Shown one piece after another: positions 1 to 11,213 of a stretch of 58,706 bases of DNA; the first letter of the stretch is position 1; each line of letters begins with the position of its first letter. The DNA is from Octopus bimaculoides. Taxonomy: Eukaryota. The position numbers and the translations under genes were made by a program. Location of the stretch: NCBI RefSeq assembly GCF_001194135.2, contig NC_068982.1:69910708-69969413 (forward strand), written 5' to 3'. The notes beneath the pieces are model-generated. The model was not told the origin of the DNA. It saw nothing but the letters and a program-made list of their open reading frames with translations, and made no database searches.

Positions 1-290
1 GGATTTGGTAGATGGAAACTGAAAGAAGCCTGTCGTATATATGTATATATATATATGTATGTGTGTGTATATGTTTGTGTGTCTGTGTTTGTCCCCCCAA
101 CATTACTTGACAACCGATGCTGATGTGTTTAGGTCCCCGTAACTTAGCGGTTCGGCAAAAGAGACCGATAGAATAAGTACTAGGCTTACAAAGAATAAGT
201 CCTGGGGTCGATTTGCTCGACTGAAGGCGGTGCTCCAGCATGGCTGCAGTCAAATGACTGAAACAGGTAAAAGAGTAAAGAGTATATATA
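1..290 (+). mobile_element. tRNA-derived SINE family A (octopus OK/OR-type), 3' part with tail type 1
   Basis: ggatttggtagatggaaactgaaagaagcc...gtaacttagcggttcggcaaaagagaccgatagaataagtac...ggtgctccagcatggctgcagtcaaatgactgaaac recurs in more than 10 copies in the window; head lies outside the window. Confidence 0.85.
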
Positions 291-299
291 TATATATAT

Positions 300-965
300 A
301 TGTGAGGCCCAACATTCGAAAGGAACTCAGCCACTTTGCTTCTGCGAGGCCCGACATTCAAAAGATGTTCTTTATGTGCCACAGCAGTCATCTCTCTTGC
401 ACACCACATCTGATTCTTCTTATGCCTAACTTTTCTTTTAAGATGCTTACACTCTGTTGAACATGCACACTGACATTACACATCCAGTAAAGTATACTGG
501 CTTCATTTCTTTCAAGCCTACACATGTCCTCGGCTGTCATATCCCATGTTTCATTGTCATGCAGCATAGCTGTTCGCACACAGGTATCAAGCAATCTGCC
601 TTTCACTCTGAGAGAGGCCCTTTGTTACCAGCAGGCGTAGGAGCTCTTGCTCAGCATAATGTTATTCTCACAGCTATGCTCTTGGAGCTTCTACCTCCAC
701 TACTAACTTGGTCACCTAGATAATGGAAGCTATCTACTACCTCTAGTTTGTCCCACTGGCAGTTGATGGAGTCTATTTTCTACACATTTTCAGTGTTTAT
801 TGTACCTGTGCACCTTCCACATGCAAAAATGTTTCCCTGTTAACCTTCCTCTGATGTTGCTGCACCTTCTATGTGTCCAAAGTTTACACTGGGTGCATCT
901 TATGGAGTTTCTACCTACACCTTTTCTACAGACTGAGCAGAGCCATCTACCTGAGGGGCATATAT
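300..965 (-). mobile_element. RTE-clade LINE, decayed RT C-terminal fragment with Cys/His zinc-finger-like insert
   Basis: Minus frames: WLCSVCRKGVGRNSIRCTQCKLWTHRRCS, LEVVDSFHYLGDQVSSGG, KGRLLDTCVRTAMLHDNETW, IRCGVQER; stops and frameshifts present. Confidence 0.85.
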
Positions 966-1713
966 ATACATAGATAGATACATGTATACCTGTAACTCCC
1001 AATAAATTTGTTGGGTGCCCTTTTGTTTGTCTACACACGCGTGCGTGTGTGTGTGTGTATATATATATATATATTCATTTCATTTTTTTTTTCCATGCCA
1101 ACCTGTTATTTGAAGCTGTGTTTTTTACAGTTGGGTGTTTTTTTTTTTTTTTTGTGTTTCCAACTCTTCCTTGCTTTCAGGTAAAGGATTCTTCATTACA
1201 CAGGTCTCTGAAACCAGAGTGACCAGACCTAACATCAGCAAGGAATGTAAACATCATGTCACTAGTGGTGACAAACAAAACCATGGAATGTCAGTGTTCA
1301 TGTGTATTTGCATGCATACACACTCATCATCATCAACATCATCATCATCATCATTTAATGTCCATTGTCCATGCTGGCATGGGTTACATGGTTTGGCCAG
1401 GACTGGTAAGCTGAGGAGCTGCACCAGACTTTAGTCTGATTTCTACAGCTGGATGTCCTTCCTAATGCCAATGAATATATAAACACACACACACACACAC
1501 ATACACACACATATATGACATGCTTCCTACAGTTTCCATGTCCCAAATTCACTCACAAGGTATTGGTTGGCCCTGTTGTAAGATTCACTTGCTTTGCACA
1601 ATGGAACTGGGCCTAAAACCACTTGGTTGCAAAACCATCCATCAATGTAAGCCTAATGAAAAGTTGGTCAGGATAGATTGTGAGGGTACTCAAGCAGAAA
1701 TGTTTTAATGTGA

Positions 1714-1860
1714 GCTGTCAGCAAGAAGGGAACCTCAACCAAACTCCTTACAGACTATGAACAATGGTATAATGTTGTGGGTGGAGTAAGTATACTGTTA
1801 GCAGAGAAATGGATATGTAAAGTAATTGAGTTAGTCAAAGTGTGCAGCTGGATAATTTTT
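1714..1860 (+). mobile_element. RTE-clade LINE AP-endonuclease fragment
   Basis: CQQE...GTSTKLLTD...VVGGVSILLAEKWICKVIELVKVCSWII resembles the RTE APE motifs CIQE and GGVGILLAEKW.DKVIEV.RV.DRI. Confidence 0.6.
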
Positions 1861-2423
1861 GCAATTTTGTACAAAGATTGGTATTGGTAAATTCTTGCAG
1901 ATACCTGCGTCAATTTTTATTGATGTATTTTTTAATACCAATTGGTTAAAGTAGCATATTTGTTACCTAATTAATTTTCTATACAGCAGAGATGATCGAA
2001 TATTGCAAAAAAAAGAAACAGATGGTTTTTCATCAACACTAAAACTGCATTAACGAAAGAAAGCAATTAAACTTTCTTGAGTATGTTTTACACATATGAT
2101 GCTAAAGGGATGAAAATATCACATTTTTGCATGTGAATAGATGGTTACCTCAAAGGTTTATGTAATAATTGTAAAAATATATGACATATTTTCTAACAGT
2201 TTTCTGACAATTATATTTGTATCCTTATAAGTATTTTTTACCTATATATTACCATACTGCTTCCTTTTTCTGTTGTTTAAATAATTGGCTACATGGAACT
2301 TGGAGTTTAAAACATGTTACTTTGATTGTAAATCAGGCATTCACTGATCCATAAACATCCAACTTATTTTTTCCCCTACCAAAACTAATATTTCATCAGC
2401 AAAATCCTTTGGATGGAAGATGA

Positions 2424-3212
2424 TGGGAAAATTTTCGCACCAGTAGGCCACATCAGTTTCTGGCCCTTATGCCTAGAGTACAGATGTGTAGTGCATACTC
2501 ATTGGATTTTTGTGTTCATGAAGGTGACTGAATACATCAAGCAGAGACCCACATCACCTGTGATAATGGTCTTTGTGAAGTCTCAGTCGTGGTTTATACA
2601 GACCAGCATATCCTGAGTGATTTCTATGCAGAGTCGCTTCTGCTGCTCTGTCGGCACCTTGGGTATGAATTTCACCGACACTCTCCATATGTACAAAACC
2701 TCCATTAAAATGAAATGCACTGATCCTGTGCTTATTCCCTCTTTGTGAGCAATTTCTTGGATTGTTACTCAATGGTCTTCTATGACTAGTCACCAAACCT
2801 TCTCAATCAGCTTCTCATTTTGGTTTGTGGATGGCCTGCCTGAGTGTGCTTTGCTCTCCATTCAAACAGCCATGTTTGAAGTGATTGTAGCACTCCTTGA
2901 GTTTTGCCCACGGCATTGTCACCAAAGGCCTGCTGAATCTTCTGGATGGTTTGAGAATGAATATCACCAAGCATTTGGCAAAACATGATACAATATCTCT
3001 GCTTGGTGTGTTTGGTGAAAACGAAAGTCCGACAAGCATGCACTACAAATCTGTACTCTAGATATAACAGCCAGGAACTGACGTGGCCTACCAGCATAAA
3101 AATTTTTACACATATGCAGAAAGAGTGGTGTCACATCCCACCCAAAAGATTTTGCCTACACAGTATTAGTTTTGGCGCGAAAAGTCAAATACTGATTGAG
3201 TGCATCTTGTGT
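2424..3212 (-). mobile_element. Non-autonomous mariner derivative (irritans/Hsmar2-like) with long inverted ends
   Basis: Minus strand encodes a decayed transposase N-terminus (YCIMFCQMLGD..IQKIQQAFGD..; ends near IITGD). 2424-2535 is an inverted copy of about 3005-3110. Second copy at 49150-49821. Confidence 0.75.
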
Positions 3213-3944
3213 GTATGTGTCATCATCATCATTTAACATCCAGTCTCCCCGATGGCATGAGTTGGATGGTTCGACATAGAGTTGGCTAGCAGGGAGCTGT
3301 CCAGACTCCAACTGTCTGTTGTGGCATGATTTCTATAGCTGGATGCCCTTCCTAATGTCAACCACTTAAGAGTGTGCTGGGTGCATTTATGCAGCACTGG
3401 CACGGATGTCTTTTAAGTGGAACTATGCATGCACATATTTATGTATGTGCATGTATGTATCATTATTATATATGTATGTGTGTATGTATAGTAGTTTCCT
3501 AGGCTCCAGTTTCCAGCAGGAACTCATTTTCATTTTTGAAACATTTATTTCCTTCAATCCTTTTATCTAACATGCACATCACCACTTAACACAGCATGCA
3601 CACACACCCATATCCAAATGCACCCAGATACACACACAAAGCACCATTCTTTCTTCCCACATACATACCCACTGCATAGACAAACACGCACACAGAGTAA
3701 AAGCTGCAACACAACAAAAATGCATACTCTCACAACAAAGTATATGTACTCACACACTCTCATAGCAATGATATACACAGGCCTTTTCATCAGAATACCT
3801 CCACACTACATCTAATCTCCTCTAACACACATACACCTGCTTATACTTGACATATGCACATGCATAGACATAAACATTTTAATAATAACTAACACTGAAA
3901 ATTAAACAATAACACTCACTCACACACACACAAATATAAATACA

Positions 3945-4222
3945 CAGTGACCAAGACCTTCGGCATTATGCTTCAGAAGATGTGTCAAGCTAAGTGAAAT
4001 CGTAGTTGTGGCCATTACCAGTGTCATGTAAATGGCACCCATACTCGTGGCACATAAAAGCACTCATTACACTCTAGGAGTGGTTGGCGTTAGGAAGGGC
4101 ATCCAGCCGTAGAAACCATGCAAAATCAGACTAGAACTTGTTGCAGCTCCCTGGCTTACTAGTTCCAGTCAAACCATCTAACCCATGCCAGCTGGAAAGT
4201 GGACATCAGATGATGATGATGT
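3945..4222 (+). mobile_element. RTE LINE 3' end (RT stop, 3'UTR, (GAT)n tail)
   Basis: RT end ..gtcaagctaagtga followed by gtggttggcgttaggaagggcatccagccgtagaaa..tggaaagtggacatcagatgatgatgat. Related tails at 1325-1475(-), 3222-3420(-), 23850-24060(-), 46115-46310(-), 53818-54200(-). Confidence 0.8.
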
Positions 4223-4689
4223 TATTCTCATTAATTTTGTATCTCATAATATACACAGGATTTAAATGTGAACTACTATAAGTTTCATGCTTCAGTAACT
4301 CACATTTAAATGATATTTATCTTTCACTTGATGGAGTACATTTTTGTTGATCACAATAACAGAACAGTACATTGTATGTATATGTGTATCTATATATATT
4401 TGTGTGTGTGTGTGTGTATTGTACAGTTCCACTCATCTGACATCCTTGTGTCACATTATCAAATATGCCGCTATAATGGAACTCAGTCATAAAAGCGAAC
4501 AATTCTTTTTCAACCAGTTCATCAAATATGTATTTGTGTTTTCAATTATCTTTATATTTGACATTGAAAAGATATCTGCCTATGTCTTTTCACTGAACAA
4601 GTTAAGTTTATGTTGTACTTCAAAATTTCTAAACCACCCAACTAAACACATACCTCTGCAATTACCATATATTCATGTAATGTCTTGGC

Positions 4690-4900
4690 ATTTTCAGTGC
4701 TCAGGGTCATGGTTTCAGTTCCTGAGCTAGGCAGTGTGTTATGTTTCTGAGCAAAACACTTCATTTCATGTTGATTCTGTCTACTCCATTGTACATGAAT
4801 GACCCTGTAATGGACTGGTGTCCTGTTCAGGAGCAGTGTTGTGATCTTGGTCACTTGTACACTATATAAAACTGATTGGCCAGACCTACGAATCTTGGGA
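4690..4900 (+). mobile_element. tRNA-derived SINE family E (copies also at 27790-28012 minus and 33783-34065 plus)
   Basis: Shared body tgtgttcttgagcaaaacacttcatttcac..ctccagtccactc; tRNA-like head with A/B boxes in the 33783 and 27790 copies. Confidence 0.65.
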
Positions 4901-5283
4901 CTTGATAGTGCTTACTTCTCAATGAACATTGGCTCTGAAACTGTATGCTCTTAGATCACTTTGTTCTAAACCACATCAATAACATTCATCTAGTTTTGGA
5001 AAAAATTTTTGTCTTAACGTTTGCCATACATCTACACCTTTACTTATCTCTGAATCAACCATAAATTTCATTAACTTGTTCTTTTGTTAAACTCTTTCTT
5101 TCTTGTAAGACATAGTACCACAAGGGACTGCATCAGTCAGCCAGTCCTGAAACACAATATCACAAAACTCATACGAGCCATATTTCATTTTGAAGGAAGT
5201 GAAAAACTCTAATGCAAAAAATTCAAAATTCTAATCCATTTTTCCACCATTCATTATTGTTTTGTAACAAATACGCTATTTAA

Positions 5284-5503
5284 CCCTTTTGTTACTATAT
5301 TTATTTTGAGATGCTCTGTGTTTCTTTCAATTATTTTAAATATAACAGAGAATTTAGTAAAATAACTTAGTTATCATTCAGCTAGTGTTAGGAACATAAA
5401 TTGTGACTAAGGTTTGGTGGAAGATTTTAATTCAAAAATTAGAAAAACAAGACATTTGTACTCAGAACCAGAGCCGGTCTCAGCCGGGTTGGTAACGAAA
5501 GGG
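5284..5503. mobile_element. piggyBac-type MITE family P1
   Basis: TTAA|CCCTTTTGTTAC...GTAACGAAAGGG|TTAA, 220 bp, no ORF. Other copies 40079-40300 and 25210-25423; partials near 5895-6000 and 15830-15965. Confidence 0.8.
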
Positions 5504-5546
5504 TTAAACAAGTTGGTATTTAAAAATTCCTTAGTATCAATCAAGT

Positions 5547-5855
5547 GAAGGTACATGGCTCAGTGGTTAGAGCGTTGGGCTTACAATTGTGAGGTTGTGA
5601 ATTTGATTCCCAAGCTGGGCTGTGTGTGTTCTTTATTTCACATTGTTCCAGTTTACTCAGCTGTAGAAATGAGTTGTGATGTCACTGGTGCCAAACCTTT
5701 GCCTTTCCCTTGGATAACGTTAGTAGCGTGGAGAGGGGAGACTAGTATGCATAGGCAGCTGTTGGTCTTCCATAAACAACTCTGCCCAGACATGTGCTTC
5801 AGAGAACTTCCTTGGTGCAATCTCATAATCATTCATGACCTAAGGAGTTTTTTTT
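5547..5855 (+). mobile_element. tRNA-derived SINE family B (copies also at 10787-11105 and 51784-52048)
   Basis: Head catggctcagtggttagagcg..ctcacaatcatgaggtagtgagttcgattcc (A and B boxes); shared body cagctgtagaaatgagttg..gtcactggtgccaa..cccttggataac..ggagagggg. Confidence 0.85.
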
Positions 5856-6724
5856 AGTATGAAGTAATGCAGATGTCTTCAAAGAATTCACTTTATGTGA
5901 AATTTTGATGAAAGGTTTTAATTTAGATCACTTTAAAACAGAAAATTTATATCATAGAACCAGTGGTGGTTTTGTATGGATGGGTATCAAAAGTGTTAAT
6001 CTATCAATTTCCCTGTTAACAATATACTTATTCTGTCCACTCCATTGCTGTTATCCACTTAAAAGAACATGAACTGTTGTTGTTTCTTGCTGTGAAAAGT
6101 TTTGCTTTGTTACAAAAGTGGACTCTTATCTGAAATCTTTTTCAACAGGATGTGAAAAAGTTCATGTCATTAATTGTTAAACCCATGTTATATTCATGCA
6201 CAACTGCATTCCATTTTTTTTTTTGTCTCTTTTTTGCAAAGAATATATTATTTGAATGCCTGGCTGTAATGCATGAATTAGATGCTTCTTTTCACACCTT
6301 TCCTGAATTGGTTACTGTTAACATGGGAAGACATTTTTGACTGGACAATAACTTATTAGGTAGAACCAGATGTGAAACACTTGGACATTGGCTACTATAC
6401 TTTTCTACTTGAAAGTGAACAATGATGAAGAGACAGTTCTTAAGGGAAAAAATGGGAAATTACAACAAAATACTGGACAATTAGCTTTGTTGGACTGATG
6501 GATGTGTAGTTTAATGGAATTTTACTGTACATATACACATACATACACACACACATACACACATCAATGTCATCATTATTTAACATCCACTTTTCCATGT
6601 TTGCATGATCCAGGCAGAATTCAGTGAGGTAAAGTTATTATTGTCAAATGCCCTTCTTGTTTCCAAGCAAGGTCATATTTTCCCATAGCTTGACATATTT
6701 TTCATGAAAGACTGCAAACAAACA

Positions 6725-6848
6725 ACCTGCAAGTTTCATCAATACCGTTCACAACTTTTTGAATTATTTTGCACACACACACAGACAGACAGACGGACAA
6801 ACCAACACCAATGAAAACATAACCCCCCTTCCTTAGTGGAGGTAATAA
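6725..6848 (-). mobile_element. Helentron/DINE-1-like non-autonomous element 5' end
   Basis: Minus strand ttattacctccactaaggaaggggggttatgttttc followed by a (GTCT)n microsatellite and ..gatgaaacttgcagg; same architecture at 20240-20436 (+). Confidence 0.5.
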
Positions 6849-6982
6849 GGCTGAACAGGCAAAAATTGAGTGGCAGCTCCAGCTTTTACACATTAATAAA
6901 TGCTTATGGCATCAAGATAAACAATGAATTTTAGTTTGGGGTGAATAAATTCCTTATAAAACAAAGCTACAGTGAAATAAGC

Positions 6983-7365
6983 ACAGGCATAGCTGTGTGG
7001 TTAAGTAGTTTGCTTCTCAGCCATGTGGTTTTCAGTTCGGTTCCACTGCCTGATACCTTGGGCATGTGTTTTCTATCACCCTTGACCAACGAAAGCCTTG
7101 GATTTGGATTTGATTGATGAAAACTGAAAGAAACCTGTTGCACGTCTGTGTGTGTGCACGTGTGTTTGTGTGAGAGAGAGAGAGAGAGACCTTGTCTTGA
7201 CATTACATGACAGTTGTAAATGAGTGTCAGTCACACAAATTCATTGCCAATGTTCTGCAAGAACATGTCTGCCTGTGTGGGACATATCTGACCTTGCCTG
7301 CATCTGACAGTAGAAGATCTTTTTCAGTAAGCTCCATCTGACCCAAGCATGCATGGAAGAGTGGT
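6983..7365 (+). mobile_element. SINE family A head with RTE-derived tail (tail type 2)
   Basis: Head gcacaggcatagctgtgtggttaag; body ccttgtcttgacat..; tail ccatctgacccaagcatgcatggaagagtgg. More complete copies at 26722-27150(+), 28380-28800(-), 46985-47460(+). Confidence 0.75.
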
Positions 7366-7390
7366 CACTGAAAAAAAGAAAAACAATATT

Positions 7391-7601
7391 TTGTTTCTTT
7401 ATTGCCCACAGGGGGCTAAACATAGAGAGGACAAACAAAGGGATGAAGTCGATTACATTGATCCCCAGTGCATAACTGGTACTTATGTAATCCACCCCAA
7501 AAGGGAATTTGGTGGAATTTGAACTCAGAACGTAACAGCAGACGAAATACCATTAAGAATTTCACCTGGCATGCTAACATTTCTGCCAGCTCATCGCCTT
7601 T
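7391..7601 (-). mobile_element. SINE family C variant with L1/Tx1-like tail and 17-bp TSD
   Basis: Head aaggcgatgagctggcagaaatgttagc on the minus strand; TSD aaaagaaaaacaatatt at 7374-7390 and 7602-7618. Confidence 0.85.
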
Positions 7602-7824
7602 AAAAGAAAAACAATATTAAAAAAGGAATGGTTGGTTTATGCTCAAAGATCCAGTTGCTTCTGGCTGATGTAACAACATCTCAAAACACTGGTGTCCCAG
7701 AATTCCATGCATCAATGAGCTGAGTGTGTTGAACACACCATCATTGTAAAAAAGAGAAAATATTCTTTGACATATAGTACAGCAACCAACATATTTTGCA
7801 TCTGAACCTGCCTAGACATATTGA

Positions 7825-8037
7825 CCCTTAGCTTTCAGATTACTTTATAATATATGTTTATTTATTCAAATCATTTTGAATTAATCCTACATTATCACAT
7901 AGCTTGGAGATTTCAATGAAGTGATCATCTATTTTTGGAATAACATTGTAAGGTAGGTGTGAGAGGCGAGTTCTAGCCAGTTTGAACATAAAAGTAGAAT
8001 ATTTAGACTGGATGTGGCCAGTTTAAGAGCTAAAGGG
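7825..8037. mobile_element. piggyBac-type MITE family P2
   Basis: CCCTT(T)AGC...GCTAAAGGG termini with TTAA-type flanks (left flank reads TTGA in this copy). Copies at 31900-32118, 38321-38543 and 56583-56764; the last has intact TTAA|CCC and GGG|TTAA. Confidence 0.8.
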
Positions 8038-8458
8038 TTAAAAATACATATGCAAGTAATCATTAAAGACATTATAGATCATTAAGAAAAGTGTTTCATA
8101 TTTGTTGCTTTCAAATGAAAAAAGAAATTGTGTTACTCAGATGTGCATTTGTAATTTCATCCTTATGTATAGTTAGTTTGTTCCATCATCTTGCTTCTGT
8201 CTTTGAAAATTATTTTAGCAAATGTAACTTAGGAACATTGTATTTATTTAGTGTACACAATGTTACTCCCTATCTTTTTATCTGTACTTTATACTGTCAC
8301 ATGTTAACTATACAGTTACTCTCTTCAGAAGTTATGGCAGGATGCTATGGTGTAAAGTAAAACACATACAAAGTTGTGTTGAGAAAATTTGGGATAATCT
8401 TATTTCACTTCAACAGGAGCAATTATTGTATCAGCCACTTAGTTAATTAACTTCATAA

Positions 8459-8493
<35 letters not shown>

Positions 8494-8499
8494 TATATA

Positions 8500-8678
8500 G
8501 GCATAGGAGTGGCTGTGTGGTAAGTAGCTTGCTTACCAACCACATGGTTCCGGGTTCAGTCCCACTGCGTGGCACCTTGGGCAAGTGTCTTCTACTATAG
8601 ACTCGGGCCGACCAAAGCCTTGTGAGTGGATTTGGAAGACGGAAACTGAAAGAAGCCCGTCGTATATATGTATATATA
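8500..8678 (+). mobile_element. Young SINE family A head inserted in (TA)n, cut by an assembly gap
   Basis: ggcataggagtggctgtgtggtaagtagcttgcttaccaaccacatggttccgggttcagtcccactgcgtggcacc; CpGs intact, A box TGGCTGTGTGG and B-box-like GGTTCAGTCC. Confidence 0.9.
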
Positions 8679-9056
8679 NNNNNNNNNNNNNNNNNNNNNN
8701 NNNNNNNNNNNNNNNNNNNNNNNNNNNNNNNNNNNNNNNNNNNNNNNNNNNNNNNNNNNNNNNNNNNNNNNNNNNNNNNNNNNNNNNNNNNNNNNNNNNN
8801 NNNNNNNNNNNNNNNNNNNNNNNNNNNNNNNNNNNNNNNNNNNNNNNNNNNNNNNNNNNNNNNNNNNNNNNNNNNNNNNNNNNNNNNNNNNNNNNNNNNN
8901 NNNNNNNNNNNNNNNNNNNNNNNNNNNNNNNNNNNNNNNNNNNNNNNNNNNNNNNNNNNNNNNNNNNNNNNNNNNNNNNNNNNNNNNNNNNNNNNNNNNN
9001 NNNNNNNNNNNNNNNNNNNNNNNNNNNNNNNNNNNNNNNNNNNNNNNNNNNNNNNN
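8679..9056. other. Assembly gap (others: 11214-11592, 20437-20678, 34124-34216, 47748-48157)
   Basis: Runs of N, several flanked by (TA)n/(TG)n microsatellites. Confidence 1.
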
Positions 9057-9060
9057 AATC

Positions 9061-9153
9061 AGCAGAAGTTACTAAATTGACTTAAGGGTTGAGAGTCTCG
9101 TGCATGGCCTTTATCAAACTTTCAATCCTCAAGTCACTTTTGTAACTTCTGCT
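9061..9153. repeat. 93-nt imperfect inverted repeat (36-bp arms, 21-nt loop)
   Basis: 9061-9096 is the reverse complement of 9118-9153 with 5 differences, 2 of which are G-U pairs on the + strand. Confidence 0.9.
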
Positions 9154-9662
9154 AATCAAAAATATAACATATGAAGAGCTTACTTTCAAAACTGGTATAA
9201 GTGCATATTTGGTTGATTTCATGATAACCATTAAAATACAATCTGCAAGCTGCTGGCTTCATGCATGTTGAATTTTTTTCAGTCAAGCTGGGATAGATGC
9301 CATATAGACAATAGGTGAATCTCAGTTTTCCAATCAAAATCAAATATATACAAGTTGTTGTTTTAAACAATTACTCAAAAGTCATTACGATGCATATATC
9401 TTGTCTTGAAAGCAAGCTCTTCAGTATACTCATGTATTGAGTTCTGTTTATTGTGTTCTACCAAACACACATTATTTAAGCTTACATTGATTCTTCTGTA
9501 GTATTGTCTTGCATTTATAATAAAATGAATATATACAAATTATAAAAATAATAAAAATAAAAAAAAATATGCAATACAATTCTATTTCTATTTTGTGGAT
9601 CTTCACCTATCACAGGGGGTTTTGGAATGTAACACCCATAAGTCAAGGGATTCCTGTATATA

Positions 9663-9833
9663 CACTACACTCTCTGAGTGGTTGGTGTTAGGAAGGGCAT
9701 CCAGCTGTAGAAACTCTGCCAAATTAGATTGGAGCCTGGTGTTGCCATCCGGTTTCACCAGTCCTCAGTCAAATCGTCCAACTCATGCTAGCATGGAAAG
9801 CGGACGTTAAACGATGATGATGATGATGATGAT
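9663..9833 (+). mobile_element. Young RTE 3'UTR unit with (GAT)n tail (near-identical copies at 29059-29217, 39168-39324, 42477-42747, all minus)
   Basis: tacactctctgagtggttggtgttaggaagggcatccagctgtagaaactctgcc..catgctagcatggaaagcggacgttaaacgatgatgat; terminal palindrome catgctagcatg. Confidence 0.9.
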
Positions 9834-9942
9834 ATTATCAATAATCAGCTGAAGTTACAAAGTGCCAACTCATGAAAACTCTCAGCCTTTGAGCCAGTTT
9901 GCAACTTCTGGTGATCATCAATAAAATATAGATTGATATATA

Positions 9943-9970
9943 GGTGTGTGTGTGTGTGTGTGTGTGCAAT

Positions 9971-10057
<87 letters not shown>

Positions 10058-10060
10058 GTT
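9943..10060. repeat. Compound (TG)n/(TA)n microsatellite; other long tracts: (ATT)n 19202-19260, (CA)n 49855-49900, (TG)n 52915-52958
   Basis: Direct inspection. Confidence 0.95.
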
Positions 10061-11145
10061 GTAAGATATATATATATTGTAAGATATATGTCAATAATAT
10101 CATTATCTTTAGATAGGACCCTTATCTCTGTTTGACCTAAAAACATGAACTATAATCATTTTACACACGGGTCAGTTTAAGCTATCAATAATACGTCTAG
10201 ATATCATTTTTTGCTTTTAATTCATTCAATATCAATAGTGAAACTATCATTACAAACCATTTAAACATTTTCTTTACAAAATCTGTGATTCTCACAAATA
10301 AAATCTATGGTTCTATTTTTTAAAAAATATAATTCTGTATATTACATTTTCTTTTTACGAGAATCAGAATCACATGATAGTTTGAAATCCCAGGAGAGAG
10401 AAAGGAAAAATTATTATTAATAGTTCTTAAAACTATTTGTGTACACATGATTCTTATTTAACAGGGTGTGTTGCTGTTCTCTCTGCAACTGGCATATTCC
10501 TAAATGCTGGTCTCACTGAAATGATTTGAGTGCTGATGATGTGCTATTTTTGTATCAGTGATGTAAAACGTGCAATACCCAAACAGATAACATAAATTGG
10601 ATACAAGTGCTGCAAACCCAGATAAAAACATTTCATAATAATCACAGTAGCAACTGCACTCTAGTTACAGAAACCAGCCCTACAACACTCTAGCTTGTTG
10701 TTGAAGCATTTTCACACTTGCAATCAATCAGAGTGTAAAGTTCCAATACAAAACCTATAACTTTGTATTGATTTCCTTCTTGTACTGACATGGCTCAATG
10801 GTTAGAGCATCGAGCTCACAATCATGAGGTAGTGAGTTCGATTCCTGGACTGGGCTCTGTGTTGTGTTCTTGAGCAAGACACTTTCACTCAACTATAGAA
10901 ATGAGTTGCAATGTCACTGGTGCCAAACTGCATCAACGTTTGCCTTTCCCTTGGATAACATCAGTGGCGTGGAGAGGGGGTGCTGGTATGCATGGGTGAC
11001 TGCTGGTCTTCCATGAACAGCCATACCCAGACTTGTGCCTCGGAGGTTAACTTTCTAAGTGCAATCCCATGGTCATTTATGACCAAAGAGAGTCTTTACC
11101 CCTTACTTACACATATTATACCCTGAAATATCCATTCATTTTATT

Positions 11146-11213
<68 letters not shown>

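Noticed and set aside
10787-10860. tRNA-like sequences (also at 5547, 8500, 18100-18173, 33783, 51784)
   Set aside because: Each runs directly into a multi-copy SINE body and lacks a complete acceptor stem, so these are SINE heads rather than tRNA genes.
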